The notes under the pieces: generated by a model | What the model was told of the DNA's origin: nothing | Database searches by the model: none | Seen by the model: the letters and a program-made list of their open reading frames with translations, nothing else | Translations under genes and position numbers: made by a program | Shown: one piece after another, positions 26,789 to 36,554 of the stretch | Position numbering within the stretch: the stretch's first letter is position 1 | Layout: each line of letters begins with the position of its first letter | Assembly: GCA_965250285.1 (NCBI GenBank) | Contig: OZ252299.1 | Location: 1,024,001-1,088,000, forward strand | Source of the DNA: Myxococcota bacterium | GTDB taxonomy: Bacteria > Myxococcota_A > UBA9160 > UBA4427 | Direction: 5' to 3' | Length of the DNA: 64,000 bases

Positions 26789-27697
26789 GTGGATGGTGCC
26801 CACTCGCGCAGCGGGCGGCTCCCGGCCGCCCCCGTCGTCCTCGTCACCGGCTGTGCCTCGGGCATCGGCCTGGCCCTCGCTCACCGGCTGCGCAGCTGGC
26901 GCGATGCCCATGCGATTGTCACGGCGCGCAGTTCGTCCCTCGCTCGCCTGCGCGATGCCGGCATCGAAGAGGGCGAGCGGCTGTGGCTTCGCCCGCTCGA
27001 CGTGACGCGCGACAGCGAGCGAAAGAGCCTCGTTTCGGAGATCGACGAGCGGCTCGGTGGCGTCGACGTCCTGATCAACAACGCCGGGCTGACGTTTCGA
27101 TCGGTGCACGAACATCTGCACACGGACGAGATCGAAGAGCAGATGCGGATCAACTTTCTCGGGCCGATGGATCTCGCGCGGCGGGTCCTGCCCGGGATGC
27201 GCCGAAAGCGCTCGGGACACATCGTGAACGTGTCGTCGGTGGGCGGGATGATGGCGATGCCGACGATGGGTGTGTACAGCGCCTCGAAGTTCGCGCTCGA
27301 GGGTGCGAGCGAAGCGCTCTGGTACGAGATGCGGCCGTGGAACGTCGCGGTCACGTTGGTGCAGCCGGGGTTCATCCGAAGCGAATCGTTTCGGAACGTC
27401 CGTCTCAGCCGCGACGCGGTGGCGGTGCGCACGATCGAGGGCAGTCCCTACGGCGCGGTGTACGAGAGCATGACGCCGTTCATCGAGACGCTGATGAACT
27501 GGGCGATCGCGACACCCGACACCGTGGCCCGGCGCATCCTGCGTACGCTCGAGCGGCCGAATCCGCCGCTGCGCGTTTCAGCGACGATGGACGCTCGTGT
27601 GTTCTACATGGTGCGGCGGCTCCTGCCCCGGCGGCTCTACCACGCCGTGCTGTATCGGTGCCTGCCCAGCGTGCGACGCTGGGGTCCGCACGACTGA
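26789..27697 (+). CDS. Short-chain dehydrogenase/reductase
   Basis: VTGCASGIG, LINNAG, NVSS, YSASK. Start uncertain. Confidence 0.9.
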   Translation: MDGAHSRSGRLPAAPVVLVTGCASGIGLALAHRLRSWRDAHAIVTARSSSLARLRDAGIEEGERLWLRPLDVTRDSERKSLVSEIDERLGGVDVLINNAGLTFRSVHEHLHTDEIEEQMRINFLGPMDLARRVLPGMRRKRSGHIVNVSSVGGMMAMPTMGVYSASKFALEGASEALWYEMRPWNVAVTLVQPGFIRSESFRNVRLSRDAVAVRTIEGSPYGAVYESMTPFIETLMNWAIATPDTVARRILRTLERPNPPLRVSATMDARVFYMVRRLLPRRLYHAVLYRCLPSVRRWGPHD

Positions 27698-27761
27698 GGG
27701 CGACTGCGATGCGAGCCGCGCTGCGCTGGGTCACAATGCCGGGACCACAAAGGGGGGGATC

Positions 27762-29021
27762 GTGACCGAGCTGGTACTCACTGCGCCGCGTGCGCGTGGA
27801 CTCTTCGTGCTGACGGCGCACCCGGCGGGTTGCAGCGTGCTGCTCGAGCGGCAGCGCGAGCGGGCCGCCGCGGCGATCGAGAAGCCCCTTGCGGCCGCCG
27901 CAGGCAAGACCGCCCTGGTGCTCGGCAGTACGACTTTCGGTTACGGCAGCTCGACGGCGATCGCGCTGCGTGCGGCCGGCTTCGATCGCATCATCGGCGT
28001 GGGCTTCGAGACAGCGCCGAGCTTTCGCGGCGACAAGCTCGCCATGGCTTCGCCCGGCTGGTACCTCACCGACGCGCTGCACGCGGCCGACGACGGCATC
28101 ACCACGTACCTCGCCGATGCATTCGCGCCGGAGACCCGGGACAGGCTCGTCGCCGATCTCCAGGCGGCCGGTACGAAGATCGACCTCGTGGTCTACAGCG
28201 TCGCGGCGCCGCGCAGGCAGCACCTGGGCGAGGAGTGGACATCGAGTCTCCTCGTGAAGGACGAGCCGCTCGAGGTGCTCGGGCTCGACTTCAAGAGCGG
28301 CGAGCTCAAACCCCTTACGGTGGGGGTCGCGAGCGAGCTGCAGGTCGAGCATACGCGCCGCGTGATGGGCGGCGACGATCTCGAGATGTGGGTCAACGCG
28401 CTCTTGTATGCAGGGCTCGCCGCCGACGGCATGACCGTGACCGCGCTGTCGTACATCGGGCCCGACCTCGCCCCGGTGCGCCGGATGTACTGGGATGGGG
28501 CGCTCGGCGACGCCAAGAAGCACATCGACGCGACGACGGCGAGCCTCGACAAGCGGCTCGCTGACGCCGTGGGCGGCAAGGCGATGACGGTGATGAACCC
28601 GGCGGTGGTCACGAGCGCGTCGGTCGCGATCCCCGCCATGCTCCGGTACATCAGCGATCTGCTCGGCAACGCCGACGCTGGGCACGGCGTCTACGACGAT
28701 CCGCTCGACGTCGGCGTGCTGTTCGCGCAAGCGCTCTACGGAGACGGAGCGCCGTGGCGCGAGCTGATGGATGACGCCGGTCGCCTTCGCCTCGACGCAC
28801 ACGAGCTCGAGCCCGGCCTGCAGTCGGCGATCGACGCGTGCTGGGCACACGACGAGCCGGGCCCGCCGCCCGAGGCCACCGCGGCTGGCTTCGAACGCTT
28901 CAAGGTCGAGTACATGAACCTGTACGGCTGGCAGGTCGAGGGCGTCGACTACGACGCCCCGGCCGAGTTCGAGCCCGCGCTGGTCGACGGCCAGCGCGTC
29001 ATCGATCTGATCGGCGACTGA
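27762..29021 (+). CDS. fabV: FabV/Ter-like enoyl-ACP (trans-2-enoyl-CoA) reductase, divergent
   Basis: TAHPAGC, LVLGSTTFGYG, ASPGWY, VYSVAAPRR, VMGGDD, SYIGP...YWDGALGDAK (Yx8K), AVVTSASVAIP. Confidence 0.8.
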   Translation: MTELVLTAPRARGLFVLTAHPAGCSVLLERQRERAAAAIEKPLAAAAGKTALVLGSTTFGYGSSTAIALRAAGFDRIIGVGFETAPSFRGDKLAMASPGWYLTDALHAADDGITTYLADAFAPETRDRLVADLQAAGTKIDLVVYSVAAPRRQHLGEEWTSSLLVKDEPLEVLGLDFKSGELKPLTVGVASELQVEHTRRVMGGDDLEMWVNALLYAGLAADGMTVTALSYIGPDLAPVRRMYWDGALGDAKKHIDATTASLDKRLADAVGGKAMTVMNPAVVTSASVAIPAMLRYISDLLGNADAGHGVYDDPLDVGVLFAQALYGDGAPWRELMDDAGRLRLDAHELEPGLQSAIDACWAHDEPGPPPEATAAGFERFKVEYMNLYGWQVEGVDYDAPAEFEPALVDGQRVIDLIGD

Positions 29022-29041
29022 GCCCGGCGGCGGCGCGCGGT

Positions 29042-29923
29042 CTACACGCGCTTCGTGAAGTTCGAGATCTCGTCGGCGACGCGGTCGAGCAACGACTCGG
29101 GCAGGTCGTGCCCCATGCCTTCGATCAGCGCGTAGCGCGCGCCGGGGATCGCGTCGGCGGTCGCGCGCCCCGCCGGCTCCTGGATCAGCGGATCTTCATC
29201 GCCATGGATCACGAGCGCGGGCACGTCGAGCGCCCGCAGGCCGTCGGTTCGGTCGCCGCTCGCCGTGATCGCCGCCATCTGCCGTGCGACTCCAGCCGGG
29301 TCGTAGCTTCGCTCGAAACAGCGACGGGCGAGGGCGGCCCGCGCCCCCTCGTCGAACGGGTGGCTCGAGCCGGCGAACACGCGACCGGTCTCGAGGGTGT
29401 ATGCGACGTAGCCGTCGACGTCATCGGGGCTGGGCTTCATCAGCGCCGCCATCGCAGCTTCGGTCGGCCCCGGCAGATCGGGGCCGCTCGTCGTCGAGTA
29501 GATCGAGATCAGGCTCTGCGTCTTGGCGGGGTAGTCGATGGCGAACTGCTGCGCGATGGCACCCCCGAGCGACATGCCGGCGACGTGCGCCGACTCGAGA
29601 CCCATCGCATCGAGGAGCCCCGCGTGATCGGCCGCCATGTCGTGGATTCGGTAGGCGACACCCGGGTCATCGCCCGCGGCGATCCGCTGCATGACCTCGC
29701 CGACCGACGGCGTCGGTGCGCCGTCGAGGTGCGTCGAGAGGCCGACGTCCCGGTTGTCCGGTGAGATCACGAAGTGCCCGTCGTCGACGAGGCGCTTCAT
29801 CAGGCCCGGCGGCCACTGGATCAGCTGTGTACCGAGGCCGCGCAGCAGCAGCAGCGGTCGCCCACCCGGGTCGCCCTGGGTCTCGTACTCGATCTCGATG
29901 CCATTGGTCGCGGCGCGCGGCAT
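29042..29923 (-). CDS. Alpha/beta hydrolase
   Basis: DNRDVGLS, AHVAGMSLGG nucleophile, HGDEDPL, GMGHDL. Confidence 0.9.
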   Translation of the reverse strand: MPRAATNGIEIEYETQGDPGGRPLLLLRGLGTQLIQWPPGLMKRLVDDGHFVISPDNRDVGLSTHLDGAPTPSVGEVMQRIAAGDDPGVAYRIHDMAADHAGLLDAMGLESAHVAGMSLGGAIAQQFAIDYPAKTQSLISIYSTTSGPDLPGPTEAAMAALMKPSPDDVDGYVAYTLETGRVFAGSSHPFDEGARAALARRCFERSYDPAGVARQMAAITASGDRTDGLRALDVPALVIHGDEDPLIQEPAGRATADAIPGARYALIEGMGHDLPESLLDRVADEISNFTKRV

Positions 29924-29932
29924 CGCCCGGGC

Positions 29933-30985
29933 TCAGTCGTCGCCGTACGCAGCGGCGAGCTCGGGATCGGCCTTCGCGTAGAGATCGGCGAGCTCGACCA
30001 TGACGCGGCACTGCTTGACGGTGGCGTCGTCCTGCATCTTGCCGTCGATCATCACCGCGCCGGTGCCGTCGCCCATCTCGCGAATGACCTTGCGCGCCCA
30101 CTTGACCTCGTCGACCGGCGGGCTGAAGACCTTCTTCGCGATGTCGATCTGCACCGGGTGCAGGCTCCAGGCGCCGACGCAGCCCATCAGGAACGCGTTG
30201 CGGAACTGGTCCTCGCAGGCCACGGTGTCCTTGATGTCGCCGAAGGGGCCGTAGTAGGGGAGGATGCCGTTGGCGGCGCATGCGTCGACCATGCGAGCCA
30301 TGGTGTAGTGCCACAGATCCTGCTGCGCGGTGGTGCGCGCCGCCTCGATCTCACCGCCGGGCGGATCCTCGCGCACGACGTAGCCGGGGTGGCCGCCGCC
30401 GACGCGGGTCGTCTTCATGCGGCGGCTCGCGGCGAGGTCGGCCGGGCCGAGCGAGAGGCCCTGCATGCGCGGGCTGGCCGAGCAGATCTCTTCGACGTTG
30501 GCGACGCCGAGCGCCGTCTCGAGGATCGCGTGTACGAGCAGCGGCTTCTCGAGGCCGGCCTTCGCCTCGAGCTGGGCGAGCAGCCGGTCGACGTAGTGGA
30601 TGTCCCAGGCGCCCTCGACCTTCGGCACCATGATCACGTCGAGCTTGTCGCCGATCGAGGTCACGAGCTGGGTGAGGTCGTCGAGCATCCAGGGGCTGTC
30701 GAGGCTGTTGATACGCGTCCACAGCTGGCACGACCCGAAGTCGGTCGCGTTGGCGACCTTGATCAGCCCCTCTCGGGCCGCGAGCTTGTTGTCGGCGGAG
30801 ACGGCGTCCTCGAGGTTGCCGAGCAGCACGTCGCACTTCTTCGCCATGTCGGGGATCTTCGCCGCCATCTTCTCGTTGCTCGGGTCGAAGAAGTGGATCA
30901 TCCGCGACGGCAGGACGGGGATCTCGCGCACGGGCGAGGGGGCGCCGAGGGCGAGGGGCTGAAAGAAATCCTTGGCACTTCGCAT
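29933..30985 (-). CDS. mcl: Malyl-CoA/beta-methylmalyl-CoA lyase (CitE/HpcH family)
   Basis: [65 protein letters not shown]. Closely resembles Chloroflexus-type Mcl as I recall it. Confidence 0.85.
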   Translation of the reverse strand: MRSAKDFFQPLALGAPSPVREIPVLPSRMIHFFDPSNEKMAAKIPDMAKKCDVLLGNLEDAVSADNKLAAREGLIKVANATDFGSCQLWTRINSLDSPWMLDDLTQLVTSIGDKLDVIMVPKVEGAWDIHYVDRLLAQLEAKAGLEKPLLVHAILETALGVANVEEICSASPRMQGLSLGPADLAASRRMKTTRVGGGHPGYVVREDPPGGEIEAARTTAQQDLWHYTMARMVDACAANGILPYYGPFGDIKDTVACEDQFRNAFLMGCVGAWSLHPVQIDIAKKVFSPPVDEVKWARKVIREMGDGTGAVMIDGKMQDDATVKQCRVMVELADLYAKADPELAAAYGDD

Positions 30986-31349
30986 GGGTGTCTCCGGGAT
31001 GCGGTGGTGATGAGATGAAGTCTGGGCTGCGGGCGGCGCGGCGGCTCTGCTCGCAGGCGCGGGGCATGGGCGCGAGCGCCGGCGGTGCGTGCTGCCGGAA
31101 GCCCCGAAGCGCGCCAACTCTATGGCCTTTGTCGTGGGCCAGCAAGCTGAGCGCAGCTTCGAGCGGTGGGGTGGTGCGGCCGGGCCGCTCGATCGTTCGT
31201 CGGCAAGCCACCGGCAAGATTGCGGTCGGGCGGGCCCGCCGCCGCTTTCGATGCCGGGGTGCCTGCTGAGCGATGTCGACGGCGTCCTTTCTTGCTCAAC
31301 CCTCGCCTTCGAGAGGTCGATGGACGGCAGAACGGGTGCAGGGGGTGAC

Positions 31350-31748
31350 ATGGCCGACCAACTCTCGATTCTTCTCGTCGACGACAGCCGCAGCGTGCTC
31401 GCACAGCTGGAGGGCCTGCTGTCGGAGTTCGACGGCGTGAACGTCGCGGGCGTCGCGCGCAACGGCGGCGAGGCGATCCGGATGGTGAGCGAGCTGCACC
31501 CCGACCTCGTGTTGATGGACATCGTCATGCCCGGCATGGACGGCATGGCGGCGCTCCGCGTGATCCGGACGAATCATCCCGGCGTTCAGGTGGCCATGCT
31601 GTCGAGCGTCGGCGGCACCGCGAGCCGCGCCGAGGAGTGTTTTCGGCTCGGGGCCGTCCAGGTGATCGGCAAGCCGCTCGACGACCGCATCCTCGAGAGT
31701 CTGATCGAGAGCGTGCGTTCGGGTGCGCGCGGGGAGGAGGCCGAATGA
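31350..31748 (+). CDS. Single-domain response regulator (CheY-like)
   Basis: [30 protein letters not shown]. Confidence 0.9.
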   Translation: MADQLSILLVDDSRSVLAQLEGLLSEFDGVNVAGVARNGGEAIRMVSELHPDLVLMDIVMPGMDGMAALRVIRTNHPGVQVAMLSSVGGTASRAEECFRLGAVQVIGKPLDDRILESLIESVRSGARGEEAE

Positions 31749-32578
31749 GCGTCAAGTTCTTCGGGCAGTATCTCATCGAGGAGGGCGAGGTCGACGCAGG
31801 GCACGTGCGCGAGGCCCTCGATCTCGTCGGGCAGACGAACAAGAGCCTCGGGCAGATCGCGGTCGACGAGTCGCTGATGACCGACGGCGACGTCACGCGC
31901 GTGAATCAAGCGCAGCGCGGCAACGACACGCCTTTCGGTGACCTCGCCGTCGAGATGGGGCTGCTCACCAGCGAGCAGCTGGTCGACTGCCTCTGCATGC
32001 AGCGCGAGCGACGGCTGATGATCGGCGAGGCGCTCGTGCACCTCGGGCACCTCGGGACCGAGCGACTCGGCCCGATGCTCGACGCTTTCAAGACCGATCA
32101 GTCGCAGTACGAGCTCGGAGCCCTCGGGCAGCTGCCCGATCCGCTCGTGAACAATCGCGTCGCGCCCTACGTGATCGACCTGTTGCCCAAGTTCTGCATG
32201 CGCATCGCCCAGATCCGGGTCAAGGTCGGCGACGCGCAGGTGCTTGCCGTCGCGCCGGACTGGCCGCACCGTGTGTCGCTGCCGATCCACGCGCATCGCG
32301 GTCTCGACGTGACGTTGATGGGGGACCGCGACTTCGTCGCCCGGCTCGCCTCGGGCACGTCGGGGATCGCAGAAGAGAAGCTCGATCGCGACCTCATGCT
32401 CGACGGGGTGGGCGAGTTCTTGAACGTCCTCGCAGGCAACGCGATCAGCGCGCTCGAGCGCACCGGCGTACAGGCCGAGCTCGGCACACCCGATCACGAC
32501 GCCGAGCTGGCCGACGGCTGGCTCTTCGACCTCGCGACTTCGTCGGGCCGTGCAGCGCTGCTCTTGATGCAGTTCTAG
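31745..32578 (+). CDS. CheX-like phosphatase with N-terminal MshEN-like repeats
   Basis: Repeats FFGQYLIEEG/SLGQIAVDES/PFGDLAVEMGLL/MIGEALVHLG, C-terminal DGVGEFLNVLAGN (ExxN). ATGA-coupled to the response regulator. Confidence 0.75.
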   Translation: MSVKFFGQYLIEEGEVDAGHVREALDLVGQTNKSLGQIAVDESLMTDGDVTRVNQAQRGNDTPFGDLAVEMGLLTSEQLVDCLCMQRERRLMIGEALVHLGHLGTERLGPMLDAFKTDQSQYELGALGQLPDPLVNNRVAPYVIDLLPKFCMRIAQIRVKVGDAQVLAVAPDWPHRVSLPIHAHRGLDVTLMGDRDFVARLASGTSGIAEEKLDRDLMLDGVGEFLNVLAGNAISALERTGVQAELGTPDHDAELADGWLFDLATSSGRAALLLMQF

Positions 32579-32692
32579 ACGGCGGGAGCCGTCGAACCCG
32601 AGCCGGTTCGGCCATGCGGGCTCGCTGCAAGGCGATGCCTCGTGCCGCTGCCGCGGTCACGCCTCGATGGGCAGCGGAGCCGTTTCGCGCCG

Positions 32693-33799
32693 CTATGCGT
32701 AGTGTGAGCGGCGCTTGACGACGAGCGAGCGCTCCAGGTCGAAGATCGTGACCTTCTTCCAGCCCGCCGGAGCATCGTCGTGCTCGGCCCCCTCGTCGCG
32801 CACGAACTTGTGGCCGAGCAGCCTCGTCTTGACGATGCCCAGGTCTTCGCGCGACGCGTGATCTTCCTTCTCGAGCACCTCGGTCGCGGCGAAGACCGTG
32901 TCGCCGGCCTGCAGAGGCGCGGTGTGCTTGCCCGTCGTGTAGACAAGGTCGCCGAGCGAATTGTCGCCGACGTCCGGCCCCGAGATGCCCAGGCAGAGCA
33001 CGAACGGGATGCCGCCGAAGACGATCAACTGACCGCCGACGTAGCGGTCGGGGTCGAGGTCGATCATGAACTGATTGCAGTGCACCTGGCTCGTGTTGTC
33101 GAGGATCCCCGTCAGCGCGATGTGCTCGTCGGTGACGGTGCGGCCGCGGCTGTGCTCGATCCGCGTGCCGGGCTCGAGGTCTTCGAAGTAGCTATCGGGG
33201 CTCGAGAGGTGCGCCAGGCCCTTGTAGTCGGCGGCGCGATCGTACGCCGGCAGCCAGAGGTCGCAGTCGACGGGGTCGGGTTCGATCTGGAACGACTCGA
33301 CCTCGATCGTCTCGTCATCCTTGTAGACCTGCACCTTGCGCTGCCAAGCCATGGCGATCGCCTCGTCGGGCTGCCCGACGTTCTTTCGCGCGATCGACTG
33401 GACGTGCACGATGCCGAGGTTCGGCCGGCTCGAAGAGGTGCGCACGCCGAGCACCTTCGTCTCGACCTCGAGCGTGTCGCCGACGTAGACAGGCGCCCCG
33501 TAGCGCATGTCGATGTACTCGAGGTTCGCACGTGCGTTCTCGGAGATGTCCTCGACCGTCTGGCTGAACGCGACCAGCATCACGAGGCCGGGCGGACACA
33601 CGAGCCCCTCGTAGCCATGCGCCCGGGCGTAGCGCGCGTTCTTGCACAGCGGGTTCGTCGCCATCGAGAAGTCGGTGAAGACGGTGAAGAGACCCTCGGT
33701 GATGGTCTTGCCACCCTTGTGGCGGAAGGTCTGACCGGGCTTGAAGTCTTCGAGGAAGTTGCCGGTCTTCTTGCGGATGATGCTCGGGGCGTCGCTCAC
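32693..33799 (-). CDS. mch: Mesaconyl-CoA (2-methylfumaryl-CoA) hydratase-like double MaoC hot-dog protein
   Basis: GNFLEDFKPGQ..KTITEG, TVEDISENARANLEY, second domain YFEDLEPG..RTVT..NTSQVH. Located near mcl. Confidence 0.75.
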   Translation of the reverse strand: MSDAPSIIRKKTGNFLEDFKPGQTFRHKGGKTITEGLFTVFTDFSMATNPLCKNARYARAHGYEGLVCPPGLVMLVAFSQTVEDISENARANLEYIDMRYGAPVYVGDTLEVETKVLGVRTSSSRPNLGIVHVQSIARKNVGQPDEAIAMAWQRKVQVYKDDETIEVESFQIEPDPVDCDLWLPAYDRAADYKGLAHLSSPDSYFEDLEPGTRIEHSRGRTVTDEHIALTGILDNTSQVHCNQFMIDLDPDRYVGGQLIVFGGIPFVLCLGISGPDVGDNSLGDLVYTTGKHTAPLQAGDTVFAATEVLEKEDHASREDLGIVKTRLLGHKFVRDEGAEHDDAPAGWKKVTIFDLERSLVVKRRSHYA

Positions 33800-34002
33800 G
33801 GGGGGCTCCGGTCGAGAGAATGGGGTTCGGGGTGTCGCGCCGAGCGGGCGGAGCGGGCCGCGGCCGGCTCGGGCGGCGCGAGTCTAGCAGGTCGCTTCGG
33901 AGGTGAGCGATCGAGCGAGGTGCCACACGCCGTGGCGCCGTGGCAGAGCCCGGCCACGCGTCGCGTTGGGGCGGGTGATTCGATGGGCGTCGGCCGGCGG
34001 GG

Positions 34003-34878
34003 TCAGGGGGAGATCGCGTTGACCTGCCAGTCGTAGTCGAAGTAGCGAAGTCGGATCCTCGAGCGGCGCGCGCGCAGCCAGGTCAGATCCGCCGCTGAGA
34101 CCGTGTCGATGCCCTCGGCGTGCTGCGCGACGAAGCCGCGCACGCCGTCGCTCGAGTCGAAGTCTTCCGAGAACCAGTCGAAGATGCGGCTCAGCATCAA
34201 CGTGTCCCGTTCGCGATCGATCTTCATGCCCTTGCGTGGATCAGCGAGGAACCGCTTCACGGCGGCGTCGAGCTGAGCGTCGAGCTGGTCGGCGGCGAAC
34301 GGCTCGCGGGCGAGGGACGGGCACGAGGTCGAAGCGCACACGATCGCCATGTGGATGCGCGGATCACCCATCGGCCGCAGGATCTCGTGCTCGATCTCGT
34401 GCAGGGTGACGACGCGGCCACCCACACGACCGGCGGGCTTGCCCCAGACCGGGCGAAAGAAGGATCCGATGTCGCGGATGCTGTCGACCGGCCAGTTGCG
34501 CACGACCATGTCGATGGCGAGTACGTTGTAGACGTCGATCCAGAACGCCATCCGAGCGTCGCGACCCGTGGGTGGCGCGACCGCGTCGAGCCCCGCAACG
34601 AAGGCGCGCCACGCGCCGCTGCTGCGAAGCCCTTCGTAGTCGACACGCGTACCGGCGATGTCGTCGACCGACATCGTGTGCGTCTGCAGGAACTCGGCCC
34701 AGCGCGCGCGATCGAAGTCGGCGGCCCGCGCCGCTCCGCCCGGTGCCGCGATGCCGAGCGCACTCGACAAGACGACGAAGAGGGCGAACGTGCGGGCGGG
34801 GAGCGCACGCGCTCGCCCGGCGCCGCGCGCCCCTCGCAGGGACGATCCAGCCGCTTCAGGTGCAGGTGACCCACTCAT
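34003..34878 (-). CDS. DUF547 family exported protein
   Basis: VDYEGL, AFWIDVYN, TLHEIEHEILR, DPRIHMAIVCASTSCP, LSRIFDWFSEDF, YDWQVN. Confidence 0.88.
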   Translation of the reverse strand: MSGSPAPEAAGSSLRGARGAGRARALPARTFALFVVLSSALGIAAPGGAARAADFDRARWAEFLQTHTMSVDDIAGTRVDYEGLRSSGAWRAFVAGLDAVAPPTGRDARMAFWIDVYNVLAIDMVVRNWPVDSIRDIGSFFRPVWGKPAGRVGGRVVTLHEIEHEILRPMGDPRIHMAIVCASTSCPSLAREPFAADQLDAQLDAAVKRFLADPRKGMKIDRERDTLMLSRIFDWFSEDFDSSDGVRGFVAQHAEGIDTVSAADLTWLRARRSRIRLRYFDYDWQVNAISP

Positions 34879-35092
34879 TCCGGCGTTTCCCCTTGGGAAT
34901 TCGCGACCCCCCATCGAGTCGGTCCTCCAGCTATGGGACGCGCGGGGTCAGAGGGAGGTTTCCCTTGCTGCAGCCACAATTGCCATGACTCCCGGATCAG
35001 GTTACAAACCGGGCCCCGGCCCGCGCCCCTGAGGTGAAGCGAGGTCGCCCCCGGCGCCGCACGCGCCCCCATATCCAGCTCGGAGCAAGCTC

Positions 35093-36259
35093 TTGAAGAT
35101 TGGAGTTCCCAAGGAGACCGCGTCCGGCGAGCGCCGGGTCGCGCTGGTGCCCGATGCGTTGAAGGTGTTGGCGAACCTCGGCGCCGAGGTCCACATCGAG
35201 GCCGGCGCCGGCGTCGAGGCGGGCTTCGAGGACGAAGCCTACGTCGAGCATCACGCACACATCGTCGATCGCGAGACCGCACTCGGCGCGGATCTCGTCC
35301 TCAAGGTGCAGCCGCCGAACGACGACGAGATCGCCGGCCTGCGCAGCGGCGCCGCCCTGATCAGCTTCCTGAAGCCCCTCGATATGCCCGAGGTCTCCGA
35401 GAAGCTCGCGAATCAGGGCGTGTCGGCCTTCTCGGTCGAGATGATGCCGCGCATCACCCGCGCACAGTCGATGGATGCCCTCTCGAGTCAGAGCACGATC
35501 TCGGGCTACCGGGCCGTGCTGCTCGGTGCGTCGGCGTTGCCGCGCATCTTCCCGATGCTCGTGACGGCCGCGGGCACGCTGCAGCCCGCCCGCGTGCTGG
35601 TCGTCGGCGTCGGCGTCGCCGGCCTGCAGGCGCTCGGGACCGCCAAGCGGCTCGGCGCACGCACGTTCGGCTACGACACGCGCCCCGTCGTGCGGGAGCA
35701 GGTCGAGAGCCTCGGCGCCCAATTCGTCGAGCTCGACCTCGACACCGAGGGCAGCGAAGACTCGGGCGGCTACGCGAAGGCCCAGAGCGAGGAGTTCTAC
35801 CAGAAGCAGCGGCAGCTGCTCGGCGAGCACGTGTCGAAGGCCGACGTGGTCATCACGACCGCGCTCGTCCCCGGTCAGCCCGCCCCTCGCCTCATCGAAG
35901 AGGACGCGGTCAAGGCGATGCGCCCGGGCTCGGTGATCGTCGACCTCGCGGCGGAGAAGGGCGGCAACGTCGCCGTGACCCGCGCGAACGAAGATGCCGT
36001 CGTGCACGGCGTGACGGTGATCGGTCGCACCAACCTGCCGAGTGAGATCCCGGCACACGCCTCGCAAATGTACGCCAAGAACCTGACGACCTTCCTCGAG
36101 CACCTCGTCGACGAAGGCGCCATCCAGTTCGACTTCGCCGACGAGATCACGACCGGCACCCTCATGACGTACGAGGGCAAGGTCGTGAGCGAGCGCCTCG
36201 GTGGAACCATGCCTTCGCCGCCGCCGGCACCGGCCGCAGCAGAAGAGGGGAGCGACTGA
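35093..36259 (+). CDS. pntAA: NAD(P) transhydrogenase alpha subunit part 1
   Basis: IGVPKE..GERRVAL, PRITRAQSMDALSSQ, GVGVAGLQA, VDLAAEKGGN. TTG start. Confidence 0.95.
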   Translation: MKIGVPKETASGERRVALVPDALKVLANLGAEVHIEAGAGVEAGFEDEAYVEHHAHIVDRETALGADLVLKVQPPNDDEIAGLRSGAALISFLKPLDMPEVSEKLANQGVSAFSVEMMPRITRAQSMDALSSQSTISGYRAVLLGASALPRIFPMLVTAAGTLQPARVLVVGVGVAGLQALGTAKRLGARTFGYDTRPVVREQVESLGAQFVELDLDTEGSEDSGGYAKAQSEEFYQKQRQLLGEHVSKADVVITTALVPGQPAPRLIEEDAVKAMRPGSVIVDLAAEKGGNVAVTRANEDAVVHGVTVIGRTNLPSEIPAHASQMYAKNLTTFLEHLVDEGAIQFDFADEITTGTLMTYEGKVVSERLGGTMPSPPPAPAAAEEGSD

Positions 36260-36552
36260 TGCTCGAAGCACCCGCCATTGCGGCTCTCACGATCTTCGTT
36301 CTCTCGCTCTTCGTGGGCGTCGAGGTCATCTCGAAGGTGCCGCCGCTGCTGCACACGCCCCTCATGTCGGGCTCCAACGCCATCTCGGGCATCTCGGTGG
36401 TCGGCGCGATCCTCGCCGCCGGCAACCCCGACTACCCGAACGTCTCGATGGTGCTCGGCTTCATCGCGCTCGTCTTCGCGTCGTTCAACGTCGTCGGCGG
36501 CTTCCTCGTCACAAACCGCATGCTGGCCATGTTCAAGGGGAACAAGAAGTAG
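36259..36552 (+). CDS. pntAB: NAD(P) transhydrogenase alpha subunit part 2
   Basis: VPPLLHTPLMSGSNAISG, NVVGGFLVTNRMLAMF. Confidence 0.95.
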   Translation: MLEAPAIAALTIFVLSLFVGVEVISKVPPLLHTPLMSGSNAISGISVVGAILAAGNPDYPNVSMVLGFIALVFASFNVVGGFLVTNRMLAMFKGNKK

Positions 36553-36554
36553 CC

